A stretch of DNA of 64,000 bases, from assembly GCA_032718475.1 (NCBI GenBank), contig JAUCBJ010008890.1, positions 124,001-188,000 of the forward strand. The letters run 5' to 3'. Below, piece by piece: positions 10,374-22,153 of this stretch (the stretch's first letter is position 1; each line of letters starts with the position of its first letter). The stretch is from Nemertoderma westbladi (Eukaryota; Animalia; Xenacoelomorpha). Below the pieces are notes generated by a model that made no database searches, had not been told where the DNA came from, and was given only the letters and a program-made list of their open reading frames with translations. The position numbers and the translations under genes are program-made.

Positions 10374-10954
10374 CGAGTTAGAAAATAACCCAAATAACGA
10401 GTTAGAAAATAACCCAAATAACGAGTTAGAAAATAACCCAAATAACGAGTTAGAAAATAACCCAAATAACGAGTTAGAAAATAACCCAAATAACGAGTTA
10501 GAAAATAACCCAAATAACGAGTTAGAAAATAACCCTAAGTCAACCCAAATAACGAGTTAGAAAATAACCCCAAGTTGTAACCTAAATAACGAGTTAGAAA
10601 ATAACCCAAATAACGAGTTATAAAATAACCCCAAGTCAACCCAAATAACGAGTTAGAAGATAACCCCAAGTCAACCCAAATAACGAGTTAGAAAATAACC
10701 CCATGTCAACCCAAATAACGAGTTAGAAAATAACCCCAAGTCAACCCAAATAACGAGTTAGAAAATAACCCCGAGTCAACCCAAATAACGAGTTAGAAAA
10801 TAACCCCGAGTCAACCCAAATAACGAGTTAGAAAATAACCCCATGTCAACCCAAATAACGAGTTAGAAAATAACCCCGAGTCAACCCAAATAACGAGTTA
10901 GAAAATAACCCCATGTCAACCCAAATAACGAGTTAGAAAATAACCCCAAGTCAA
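10374..10954. repeat. Minisatellite, 24-bp unit grading into 35-bp unit
   Basis: AAATAACGAGTTAGAAAATAACCC, later copies carry an extra CAAGTCAACCC-type 11-mer. Confidence 0.95.
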
Positions 10955-12649
10955 ATTGACATAATATCAAAATAATAACAAAATTATTGTTTTGGAAAAA
11001 ATTATGGGGGTTTTATTATGTTCGGGATATATTTTGGGAATCTAATATTTTGCAAGAGAAATAGGGTGGCAGTTACAAAATCGGGTCTAGAAGATCCAAA
11101 TGGCAAATTTTTTACAAAACCAATACCCACGATTGTAGCCTTAAAGCTGCTGAATATTTTGGTATATGTTTGATGACAATTGTGCAAAAAATAAAAAAGT
11201 AGTGAATTAAGTAGGGAATTTAGTTATGAAAAAAGTGAAAATAGAAAACTTAGAAAAGGGTTGTTTTATTCAGAGATTCATGAATATCAGCTATTAATAC
11301 TGTTGTTGAAAAGTGCAGTTTTGTGGTCAAAATGGGCAGTTTTGTGGTCAAAATATCATTCAATTGTGAAAACCGATATCACCACATGTAAGCCCTTCTA
11401 GCAAACTACAAAAACAGATAACAGATGAATAAAACAGATTAAAGTTTTGTAAATTTTCGAAAATGTAACTTCCGTTGGGGGTAATGGTCCCCTTAATAAA
11501 CAATATAATAAAAAATGTGTTAACGATAGATAACTAACTAATTCCTAACTAACTAAGTCCGGGCTTGTGCGGGGCAGTGGCACCGCACAGGTTGAAAACT
11601 ATAAGTCAGTCTTTGTTCGTAATAAATATGGGCCTTTTCTGAGATTACTGCGGCAATGAAATCAACAACTAAACTACAATATCTAATTTATGATAAAATA
11701 TGTGTCTTGTGTTAGGAGAGTTAACTCTGGTTAATGTTTGTGCGAACTTATGTAGCTTTTGCCTGGCTACTAATCTCATTAAGTAGCAGCAGTGATGTGT
11801 GACTAATCGATATATTTAGTTTTCCCTTAACAAGACACTGGCACAATATTAAGGGTTCACCTATAGTGATTGACCCCTGTGCAATCTATGCACAATGGAT
11901 AAACAATATATAATAAGTTGACTCTATGACAATTTATAGATTGCGCAACACGTGATCTTGGCTGGTTTGGCCGTGAGGCCCTATGGCTACCTTAACTATT
12001 ATTAGGTCACAATCCCCTTATTGGTGGGTGATAATTATTCCCATTAAATGCTTCTGGAGTGGCGAAGTGTATATAAGGAAAATCCCGTAACACCTGGAAA
12101 CCGAACAGTTTATAAGGTAGGAGAACACAAGTAGAACAGAAGGAAAAACTCCTGAAAATGGTGAGAATAATAACAAGAAATAAATTTTAACAATAAAATG
12201 GTTACAATTGGTAATTTTAAATGTACTTTTAGTGCCCAGCTAAGAAAAACCGTAGTGAAACAGTAAAAAGGGGGAAAACACTCTTAAACTGATGGAAAAC
12301 AGAATACAGTGAAAACAGGTAAAACTGTCAAGTTAATGAAAAATAACAAATAAATAAAAAATTTCCTAAGAAAGTCTCACTACAAATTTTAATAATAACA
12401 ATATATCAACATCAAACAAAATCCTACACATGTATACTGTACATATACTTACTACATCCGATTGCCTTAAAACTAACTAATTATTCTCCATTCGAAACGT
12501 CTGTAACCCAACATGGCTACACTGTCATACAAAATATACAACAATATCAGCCGGTCTACTTGTGTGGTTATAATTGAGAAAAAGCACATTGAAACTTAAG
12601 ATATGGTGCAGATTGTAGTCATGATGTGACAAAAAGATGCATAATAATG

Positions 12650-12850
12650 GTTATGTGGGGCGAGCCACGCAATAAAAGGGAGCCTTAGCGCACAATTATA
12701 ATTAGAAAATATGGCAAAATTTCATGTCCGTCTTTCTGTCTGTCTCTGTCCGTCCGTCTGTAATGAAAAATTCATTCGTAAATAACTTTTGAAGATTTTA
12801 ACCATTTTCAACAAATTTTGTATGGGCATACTAGAGAAAAAGATCCAAGA
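12650..12850 (+). mobile_element. DINE-1/Helentron-like non-autonomous element 5' module (fragment)
   Basis: GC hairpin (GTGG..CCAC), (GTCY)n microsatellite, then AATAACTTTTGAA...ATTTTCAACAAATTT block typical of such elements. Confidence 0.45.
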
Positions 12851-12959
12851 GAAAACACGCAACATCTTTATTAATCAAAAATCACTAAAAAAAAACCCAC
12901 CACCAGAACAACCAATCAAATGCAGTATAAATAACAGACAGACATACAGACAATTAAAA

Positions 12960-14345
12960 TTTGACGTGGGAAATTTAAACTGTAAAACATATCGTCCAAC
13001 CTATAGACCTACAACTACACCCAACCAACCGACCAGCCACCTGGCTACGGCTGTGAAGGTAGGCCGGCCCCATCCTCCAGTCCCAGGCCGCTGCGCCACT
13101 TGGTGCGAGACCCGCACAGGCAGTGGGAGGTCCCACGGACAACCGCAAACAGCACTCGCGAGCGTACCCAACCCATGACAGACGAGTAAGGCTTACCCCA
13201 TGAGCGGTGCAATCTGTCCGTGATTATCCGCAGGAATTTGTTCGCCTGTGGGGTCAACACACCATCGCAGGAACCACGAAAGGCGAGAAGTCTCCATGAC
13301 GAGCGGTTACTGCGGCTAAATAAAGCTGTTTCTTCTCGTCTTCCACGGATTCCAACACGGACATGGATGCGCGGTTTACGTACGACCCAGTGTCAAGATT
13401 GGTTGATCGAATATCAAACAACGCCTGAGTCTGTATGTTAAACACGCCCCGCACCCCCACGTCACACCGCAGCCCAGCCACGTCTCCCCACTCCAGCTGC
13501 TCCCGCACAACGGGCTCCAACGTGACGTTGCGTGGCCCAAACGCGAGCGCAGCGAGGTCGCCAACGGTGTCCTGCAACTCGTTGTGACGTTGGATCACGA
13601 GGCCGCCCTTCTTGCAGTTCAACCCATGGCTCAGGTCGAACGCGGCCCCGCACCCGTCACAACGGCTCGGCACTCCCAGGAGGGGTCTACCGTACCGCAC
13701 TGCCAGACCGTCACGGAACTCCTGTGGAGACATGTCGTAATGGTGTTCAGTCAGTGGGAGAGTCGACGTCCAGCTGGCGGTTTTAAACTCGACAGCTCTC
13801 TGGATAGTCTGCTGACGCCTCTCCGACATCCTCTCAAGGGCATCCTCGAACTCCCCCACCTCCACCGTTTTCCGCTCGTCCCACTCCGCCTTCCGAGCCA
13901 ATGCCAGGCACTCCTTGTGGGCCGCCATATCAAACGCAGCCTCACCCACCATCGCCTTACCGAGGAACTAAGAAGGATTGGTTGGCCTCGGCAACCGGGT
14001 TATGTAAACCCAGGCTGCCTCTCTGCGGGGACAACGCGAATAGTTGGCGCTCCGACGGGGAGACACTACCACCAAGGATGGCGGGGAGGAAACGTTGGGC
14101 AAGGGCTTCTTCCAACCCAGTAAACTCGGGGGCGCAGTCTGGCGTAACGCACTGGAGGTAGGCCCACTCACGTTGCAAGGAGCAGATCAATGCCGAGAAC
14201 GCCGCCTGTGGCTGGGCCTCGGCCATCTCCGCCATCTTATCCACAGCGTCCACCCACGCCGCCACCTTAGCACCTACGAACTGACATCTCCCACCTGCGT
14301 CGCCAAGAAAACCTCCTAGGAACCGGTGGCCAGAGACTATCTTCA
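12960..14345 (-). mobile_element. CRE-clade non-LTR retrotransposon, 3' part (RT thumb, CCHC knuckle, REL endonuclease), frameshifted
   Basis: RFLGGFLG, RGSLGL, CDGCGAAFDLSHGLNC, RHN, RCDV..G, FDIR, EKKQLY, FSPFVV, WGKPYSSVMGWVRSR in ORFs 13957-14520, 13254-13952, 13045-13260. Confidence 0.85.
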
Positions 14346-15733
14346 CAGTAAACTTTATAGAAGTAAAAGTGTCTGAGTCTGTACTCCCAGATATTCCCAT
14401 TGGCGATATCTCCTTTGCAGAAGTGAAGGCTGCTGCAAAGAGCATTAAGACCAATCGTGCCAGTGGAGTAGATGGTGTTCCCCCTGAGGTCTTTAAAATA
14501 CCTGAGTGTTTAAAGCTCATCTATCCCATCATAGTAGACATGTACCGAACAACAAGAGTCCCACAAGAAATGAAAACAAATAAGTTGGTGCCAGTTCCCA
14601 AGAAGGGCAACCTAACACTCTATGGTTCTTTTCGGGGAATCTAAATGATCTCGATTGCTGCAAAGCTATACAATAGGATTCTATTAAATCGCATCAGGGA
14701 TCCCATTGAGAGACTGCTCCGTGGAAATCAGAATGGGTTCCGTAAAGGTCGTGGGACCATGGAGCCCATTTTGGCACTTAGAAAGATAATTGAAGAGTTA
14801 TCAAAAAAGAAAGACAGGCATCTGGCTGTTATCTTTGTTGACTTCTTCAAGGCCTTTGATTCAGTCTCTCGCTCACGTATGTTCAGCATACTTCCATTAT
14901 ATGGGATTCCTGATGAAATTATTGCAGCAATCAGATCAGTATACGATGGTTCGACAACATTTGTGTCTACTGTTGACGGTGACACAGAACCATTTGAGGT
15001 GTTATGGGGCGTCCTCCAAGGAGACACACTTGCACCATTCTTGTGCATTATTGTGGTTGACTATGTTCTACGCATGTCCTTAGATCATTATAATGATGAT
15101 GGGGTGATGATAACTCCACCTACTGGCTCCAGAAGTCGAGGAAATCCTGCCAAGTACCTAACTGATCTAGACTTTGCTGATGACTTAGGAGTACTCTCAG
15201 AATCATTAGAGGGAGCCCAACGGCTCCTCAGCTCATTAGAACATGCTGCTTCTAGTGTTGGTCTTTTTAATAACTCCAGAAAGACCAAAATTCTGACAGT
15301 TAACTTTGAAAGTCCTCAGCAAGTCTCTGATCGGATGAGCATAAGCTCAAAGGATGGTATGCTTGAGCATGTGGACGACTTCTGTTACCTGGGATCATGG
15401 ATCCGGAAGTCAGGTGAGGACCTTCGAATACGTAAGGGAAAGGCATGGGCAGCCTTGAATAGGCTTTCCAGGATTTGGAAGTCACCGATAATTAATCGGA
15501 AACTTAAGGTCCGATTATTTAGAGCAGCAGTAGTTCCAGTACTCCTCTACGGGAGTCCATGCTGGGCTCTAACTGCTGAGGACACCAAATCTCTGGATGG
15601 CACATTCACAAGAATGCTACGCCGGGTTCATTGTGTCAAGTACAATGCACACATCTCCAACCAGACACTATATAACATTGGAGGTGTCTCATTGGTTCCC
15701 CCAAGCTTGACACTAGAACAAAATAGAACAAAA
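14346..15733 (+). pseudogene. RTE-type LINE reverse transcriptase fragment
   Basis: ASGVDGVPPE, PVPKKG, QNGFRKGR, DFFKAFDSV, GVLQGDTLAPFL, LDFADD, FCYLGS, LLYGS; in-frame stop at 14642-14644; truncated at both ends. Confidence 0.9.
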
Positions 15734-16760
15734 CTAGAACAAGGCACAGACAGAGGGACACACAACGTGGATTGGGCGGCACGCGACACATACTGGGGGG
15801 CACTTGTCACATACTGGGGGGCACCCGACATATACTGGGGGGCACCCGACACATACTGGGGGCACCTGACACATACTGGGGGGCACCCGACACATACTGG
15901 GTGGCGTCCAGCTGGCGGGAACCCAATATAGATAGGGGAGCACCCGACACAGGTAGGGGGAAGCACGACATGGATTGGGGGGCAATCAATACGGGCTGGG
16001 GAGCACCTGACTCAGACAGGGGGGAGCCTGGCACAGACTGGGAGACACCCGGTTCAGATATGGGGACACCCATCGCAGACTGGGGAGAGCCCGACTCGGA
16101 TTCCATGAGGTAGTCGAGTTCATCCAGAGTTCAGTTTATTTGTGGTGTCTCACTTGGTGCCTGGACCCTGCCCTTTTTCGTTGTTGTAGCCTGGCTCGTC
16201 CGCGGCGAGTTGGTTAACATGTAGTCAAGTACGACGTGGCCCACAGACCCGCTGTAACCGGGAGGCATCACGATGGGAACGGATTCTGAGGCTGTGTGAA
16301 ACGGGGTCGCTGTCCTATTGGGTAGCTGAAAGATGATGAAGCCAGGGTTATGAAGCCGGGGAGATGAAGCCAGGGTTATATCATGGTCTACCAGGGTCTC
16401 GTCGCCATCTTCTCCTGTTGATGATGTGGCAGTCGGTTGGGATGCACTGCTGTTTTTGGAAGGCGATATGTCACGCGAAGTGCCGGAGACGACTGGCTGC
16501 GAACTGACAGCTCCCAGTGCGTTACAACAACGCCCACTCGCCATCGGAGCACAGGAGGCGCATGGCAATCCCGACCTCGCACACGAACAACGAACGCAGC
16601 GACCAGATCTAGGGTTGCAACCACAGCAAGCAGGCATCGCGACAGACGGATACTCCAAGAGGGAGAGAGAGAGAAGGATCGGACAAACTTGCTATTAAAC
16701 CAGACACAGGCAGAATTGTATTAGGCAAGTTAGAACTCGTACAGTCCCGTCAGTACGTCA
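15734..16760 (-). mobile_element. CRE-clade element 5' part with Cys-rich N-terminus
   Basis: CCGCNPRSGRCVRCSCARSGLPCASCAP..GRCCN resembles N-termini of metazoan CRE ORFs; same strand and GC level as the 3' part; 5' boundary approximate. Confidence 0.6.
15786..16100. repeat. 21-bp tandem repeat (PQYVSGA heptads on - strand), decaying rightwards
   Basis: GACACATACTGGGGGGCACCC repeats. Confidence 0.85.
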
Positions 16761-17541
16761 GTAGTCAATCTACAGAATCAGTACAATAATAACGATAATA
16801 AGTTCCAATATTTTTGAAAGTTACGAGTAAATACCTCTCGAACTTTTGACTACAGATCAAATCGAACTTGTTTCGAACTTTCTCAAGTTCGCGTGCTGCG
16901 CGACGCCCCACAAACGTGTTATATATCGCCTATAGTAAGTAATCTATTTGGCCAACTTCCAGACTTTGATCCTTTAAGTTGCGTTACAATCATTCCACAA
17001 CACCACCGTTCCCTTATTGGTAATATTTTTCCGAATATGAGTGCGCGTTTTCGAAATACTTCTGGCAGTTTTGAAGATGTTATTGCGGAGTGTAGCACTA
17101 AACTGTGAGCCATTGTGAGCTGGCCTGGATATATCAGTTTAACTTAAATGCATCAGAACCAGTAGCAGCTGTAAATAGTTTCAACAGCACAGCTCCATGA
17201 TATCTTGATAACATATCAATCCTATCATTGTTAAAATATATTGAATATGGGAACAAATTGCACTCCAAAGTCGAATCAAAATTCGAATCAAATCGTCAAA
17301 TCAAATCAATAGTCGAATCAAAATTGAGAACCATCAGTGAATGGTTTTAATTATGGCGGTTTTCCAATAGTCTGTGTGTGTGTTGGATTGAGGGGTGGGG
17401 GGGGGGGGGGGGGGGGGGGTGTTGTTGAGTGTTGGAAGCCAATATACAGTATAACTAGCTATAGTATAATGCTAACTGTAACATGATAGCTTGTAGTTTT
17501 GCTGCATGGAGGCCCCGCAGCCCGTTGGTAATGGACCAGGT

Positions 17542-18780
17542 TTATTCCTTATATCTTCTTATAAATATGTTGCGATTAACTGCCTTTCGGAAATTTCCAA
17601 CAAATATATGCATGAGATAAAAGTTTAGACTGAAGACAATACCAAACATATTAGATATATGACCTGCAATATATTGGATAACTAACATTTTTTCATAAGC
17701 AGAAATTTCATCCATTGTAGATAAAGGATGTAGATTTCCTGATATATTCACAAGAATAGTTCTTATAATGTGCCAGATTATACGGGCACAATCTTTTGCA
17801 CACATTAGTGTTCCAGTAACGAGCATCATATTTACAGCGGCAGATATTCTATGATTGGCTGGTGGATTTGGGTTAGCCCTCATTAGCTTTCTTAACTTAT
17901 AAATTAAGAGACCGTTTATAGCAAATACTCCTACAATTTGAATAGATTTTCTTATAGGAATGAAATAGTCCAGAAACTGATACGCCCTAATGAAGTGGAC
18001 ATTATATGAACCCCAATACATATATAAAGCCCAATATTGCTTTTCGCCATTTACATATCGAATCTCACCCTTATACATAACTACATAAGGCCAGTACAGA
18101 CACGCTGTGTAAATAAATATAACTACAATAATCCCATATATCATGTTATTATTCTTTAATTTTGTATCCTTATACCATACCGGGAAATAAAGGGCTGCAA
18201 TACGCTCTGCGCCCATAATTAAGGTGAGTGTAGAATCTCCATATTGTACACACCCTACAAATATCGGCCAATAACACTGGCATAACCATGAAACAACGTT
18301 ATAACAATGAAGTTTCCAAATTGTATTGTTGTTTACTATCAATGAATCATATTCAAAATAGAACCATTCCGAATTATGACCACATTGCAGCAGTTGGCCA
18401 AACGAGATAAGAATATCGAAAACAGACTTTAACACCAACATTCTATAAAATAGAGTACTGAATGATTTCTCCATTGCAATTGTTACAATAATTAATATAT
18501 TTCCAATCAGACCAAATAAATTATATGTTGATATATATGGCGTTAGAATAAAATGGGAAATGAAATCGCCAGCGTTGAGATAAAACTCATATCCTTGCAA
18601 TATCTCTTCATAATCAGATTGGAGAATAGTTTTATAAAACTTGTGGTACAGATTTGATTCGGTTGTGTTACTTGTGTTCCCATTAACTATTGGGTTGATA
18701 CCATCGGTAGCATCAGAAACAAAGACAAAAATACAAGTAAAATACAATAACAATTGAATGAGAAAGTTTGTTACAAACAT
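17542..18780 (-). CDS. Intronless rhodopsin-like (class A) GPCR, peptide-receptor/chemoreceptor-like
   Basis: Signal peptide, N-glycosylation sequons, GLIGNILII (TM1), VFD (TM2), ERIAALYFP (DRY-equivalent), SLNFYL (TM7), FRKAV helix 8. Confidence 0.85.
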   Translation of the reverse strand: MFVTNFLIQLLLYFTCIFVFVSDATDGINPIVNGNTSNTTESNLYHKFYKTILQSDYEEILQGYEFYLNAGDFISHFILTPYISTYNLFGLIGNILIIVTIAMEKSFSTLFYRMLVLKSVFDILISFGQLLQCGHNSEWFYFEYDSLIVNNNTIWKLHCYNVVSWLCQCYWPIFVGCVQYGDSTLTLIMGAERIAALYFPVWYKDTKLKNNNMIYGIIVVIFIYTACLYWPYVVMYKGEIRYVNGEKQYWALYMYWGSYNVHFIRAYQFLDYFIPIRKSIQIVGVFAINGLLIYKLRKLMRANPNPPANHRISAAVNMMLVTGTLMCAKDCARIIWHIIRTILVNISGNLHPLSTMDEISAYEKMLVIQYIAGHISNMFGIVFSLNFYLMHIFVGNFRKAVNRNIFIRRYKE

Positions 18781-19042
18781 GTTTTCGTAAGTCGAAATAA
18801 CATAAGGCTAAAACCAATGAATTTGTAGATTATACTTCCACAGTTGACATTAACATAAAATTTCACATGAGACTTTCAATATGGTTCAATTTGTTATTAG
18901 GCCTACTGATTTATGTTTTTTCCCGTGCAGGTACATGTAATAAGGTACTGTACAAGTCAATAACTGTTAATTTTAAAATATGTGGGAATATTAAAAAGCG
19001 TGATTGAATAAATTGTTGGAAGAGGGATAATTCTGAAAGAGT

Positions 19043-19418
19043 GCAATTGTATGGGGCGCCGTGGGCTTCAAAAATATTAAAATGTCGGCGACTGGTTCAG
19101 ATTCTCGGCGACTGGTTTAGATTCTCGGCGACTGGTTTAGATTTCGGCCTAGATTTCGGCCAAGATTTCGGCTTAGATTTCGGCCAAGATTTCGGCTTAG
19201 ATTTCGGCCAAGATTTCGGCTTAGATTTCGGCCAAGATTTCGGCTTAGATTTCGGCCAAGATTCTAAGCCGAAATCTTGGCCGAAATCTAGGCAAAAATC
19301 TAAACCAGTCGCCGAGAATCTAAACCAGTCGCCGAGAATCTGAACCAGTCGCCGAGAATATGAACCAGTCGCCGACATTTTGATATTTTTTGAAGCCCAC
19401 GGCGCCCCATACAATTGC
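19043..19418. mobile_element. Palindromic foldback/MITE with internal 21-bp and 24-bp tandem repeats
   Basis: GCAATTGTATGGGGCGCCGTGGGCTTCAAAAA at left, reverse complement at right; arms extend to centre ~19262. Confidence 0.85.
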
Positions 19419-20351
19419 CGAAAGCTAACGAAACTTATGCGAAAGTTATCGAAAAGGTTGAAGTAGGGGTGAAAGCTATCCATTAAATGATAGTGGGCAC
19501 ATTTCGCACTTTCCGGGTTCGATAGTATTTATAAACAAAAAAAATACGAGCTATAATTCAAATAATTGCCATTTAATTCCAAATATCTCTTCGCTAAATA
19601 TAAATTCACTGACACAGTAAAGGCTAAATGTACCTTCATTCCGTTACTGGGCCAGTAGTCAGTACAGCAGAAGCAGTTGGCTACTGCGGCCCCTACCATG
19701 CTACCATCAGACCAGCCACCGTCTGACCGCGTGGCGGCGCATTACATCATTGAGAATGGCCTATAGCCTACATTTCAAACTCTTATAATATTTTTAAAGC
19801 TATATTCGATTCCGGTACTGATAACGGCGATAGTAATAGCTGTAGGTTTCACCTCAATACTACAGCACCGTCCCACGTCACTTTATTACCAGTAGGCCTA
19901 CTCAGTTTGTACTGTAATCCATTCTTCAGTCTTTAATGCAGTAATACGCAACACCGCGGTCAGACGGTAGCAGGTTAGCCCGCCGACAGGCCGATGCGGT
20001 GAGCCGGATGCGGTCATTTTTTTAGCAACACCTTCAACCCAAGGCAATAATCCATCAGTGATTTTGGAGACAGAAAATTATCCAATCAAGATAATAACAA
20101 CAATTAACGGTGATAAATGTAAAAATACTTTAAATATATTTTACAAAATCATTTATTAAAACACCGCAATACAATAATGATAGGGTTGTTGGTGCGCGAG
20201 GAAATTATTAATTTGGGTTAAAAACCATTGAATAATGAAAATAACAAGGTGCCCTTGATCAATTGATGATGTGTGTTTTTTGTAAAGAGATGTGGAAAAT
20301 GTTGAACACAATTTTGAAAATCGGCTGTCTTTGGCTATTGAAGAAATTACA

Positions 20352-21034
20352 TGTGACGGGATCCTAAGATCCCGACCGGGTTAGATTTGTACGCGTCACC
20401 GTTCTGCTGGGCAGTTATGCACTGAGTCGCTTTGGCCGAAGGCCGTCGGGGAAAATAATAGAGTTTCTGTTTCTCGATGTTGATACTCAGAGCGATAATA
20501 GCACAATCGGTAAATCGGTAGATCAGTAATGATCACGACATATAATGAGCAGCAGAATACACAGATATTAAATTGCTGATGTTGGTGGCGGTGACGGTCA
20601 TAAACTATGACTGGTCTGCAACTGAGTAACTAATGAACTGACCGGTAAATCAGTAATGCAGAATAATATATGATTAACACACTCGGATATTGATTTCACC
20701 TCTTGCTGTACTTGGCCCTCTGTACCCAGTGGATGCTTTCCTATCTCTAACCACGTGCTTCCCTCCCCGCTATTGGCTAATACATTAATTGTCACTTTGG
20801 CACTCCCTGTGAGTGTTTCCCCCCGCTGCACTGGTAGCCTCTACTAGCTGTATCTCCCTCCGAGGTGGTTTGACCCTCCCTCTCTGTGGCTTTAGGGCTT
20901 GTGTCGCCCCCCCCCCCCCAATGTTGGTTATGAGACGAGATTAATATTGGTAATTTCGTATCCCCAACTTATTGGTGAAATGCCACTGGTCCCATTTTCT
21001 GGTGGGTAATGAAGTAGAATTGAACCCACTTACA
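20352..21034 (-). repeat. 3' LTR (683 bp)
   Basis: TGTGAC...CTTACA, homologous to 30492-31167; preceded on - strand by a G-run polypurine tract at 21035-21043. Confidence 0.95.
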
Positions 21035-22153
21035 CTCCCCCCCATGCTATCTTCCCGGTGAGAAGATAGCATCAACCTTAAGTGCGCTTCAATTCCGCTG
21101 GAACCCAATCTAATATCGGGTGTGGGGTGGAGTTCTTTTCTCGGGGTCGGCTTCCCTGACCGCCCCCCCTGGGTATGTTATTACTACCCCTCCTTGGTGC
21201 AATTGCGAGCTATGCTGCACCAAGGTATCTGGCGTCTCTGTTCGAGACAATTGTGCTCTCTCTTCACACAATTTTCTACGTCCTCGCTCTAATCTCACTC
21301 TCGGAAATCTCTGTCACTTACTCTCTCTCTCACAGACCTCATTGTCCCTTTGTCTCTCTCTTACTGCTCATTGCCCACACTTGAATTGCACTCCTCTCAC
21401 TCCCTCACGTGTCAACACATCCTCTCCGTACTTCCCCCAATTCCCCATTTTCGTTTTCATTCTCAATATACTTGATTACGTCCCACGCATGTGCGCATCA
21501 TGTTAGTGGGGTCCGTCTAAGTCTCGTCCTGCCATTCTAGTCAATTAGTCCCCTAACTTTATTTTATTATTTTTTTTTGTTCCCCCCTGTCTGTGCTATT
21601 ATCGTATCTACCTTCCTACTTACTTACGTGGCGCCCTCAGTGCCCACAACTTCTAACTCTTATGGTACTACGTATCCTACTACTACTCCTATGGTATACC
21701 TATATACCATACCCCCTACTCTCTTACTATGTGGTGCTCTCGCTGCCCACAACTTCTGACTCCCACGGTACTATGTACCCCGACTACTACTCTCATGGTA
21801 TGTCTATATACCACACTCCATACTTCTCTAACTTCTAACTCTCCTCTTACTCTTACTAACTTCTAACTAGCTTTCTAACTTCGTTACTTCTGTACTAACT
21901 GCTTACTAACTCTCGTAACTAACTTTCTAACTTCTTACTTCTTACTAACTCTTACTAACTTCTAACTAACTTTCTAATTTTCTTACTTCCTTACTAACTG
22001 CTTACGTAACTTCTACACTAACTTTCTAACTTTCAAATATCTCGCTTCTTATTTTTATTATTTGCTTATTATTTTTTTTTATATTTTTATGTGGGAAGGG
22101 CGTCTCACCCTCATTCCCACCCCCCTTAGTCCAACATATTGGACGACTAAACT

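Noticed and set aside
10262-10513. GYFLTRYL-repeat ORF
   Set aside because: Translation of the 24-bp minisatellite.
19041-19483. ORFs on both strands with DFGL/PKSK repeats
   Set aside because: Artefact of a palindromic repeat element.
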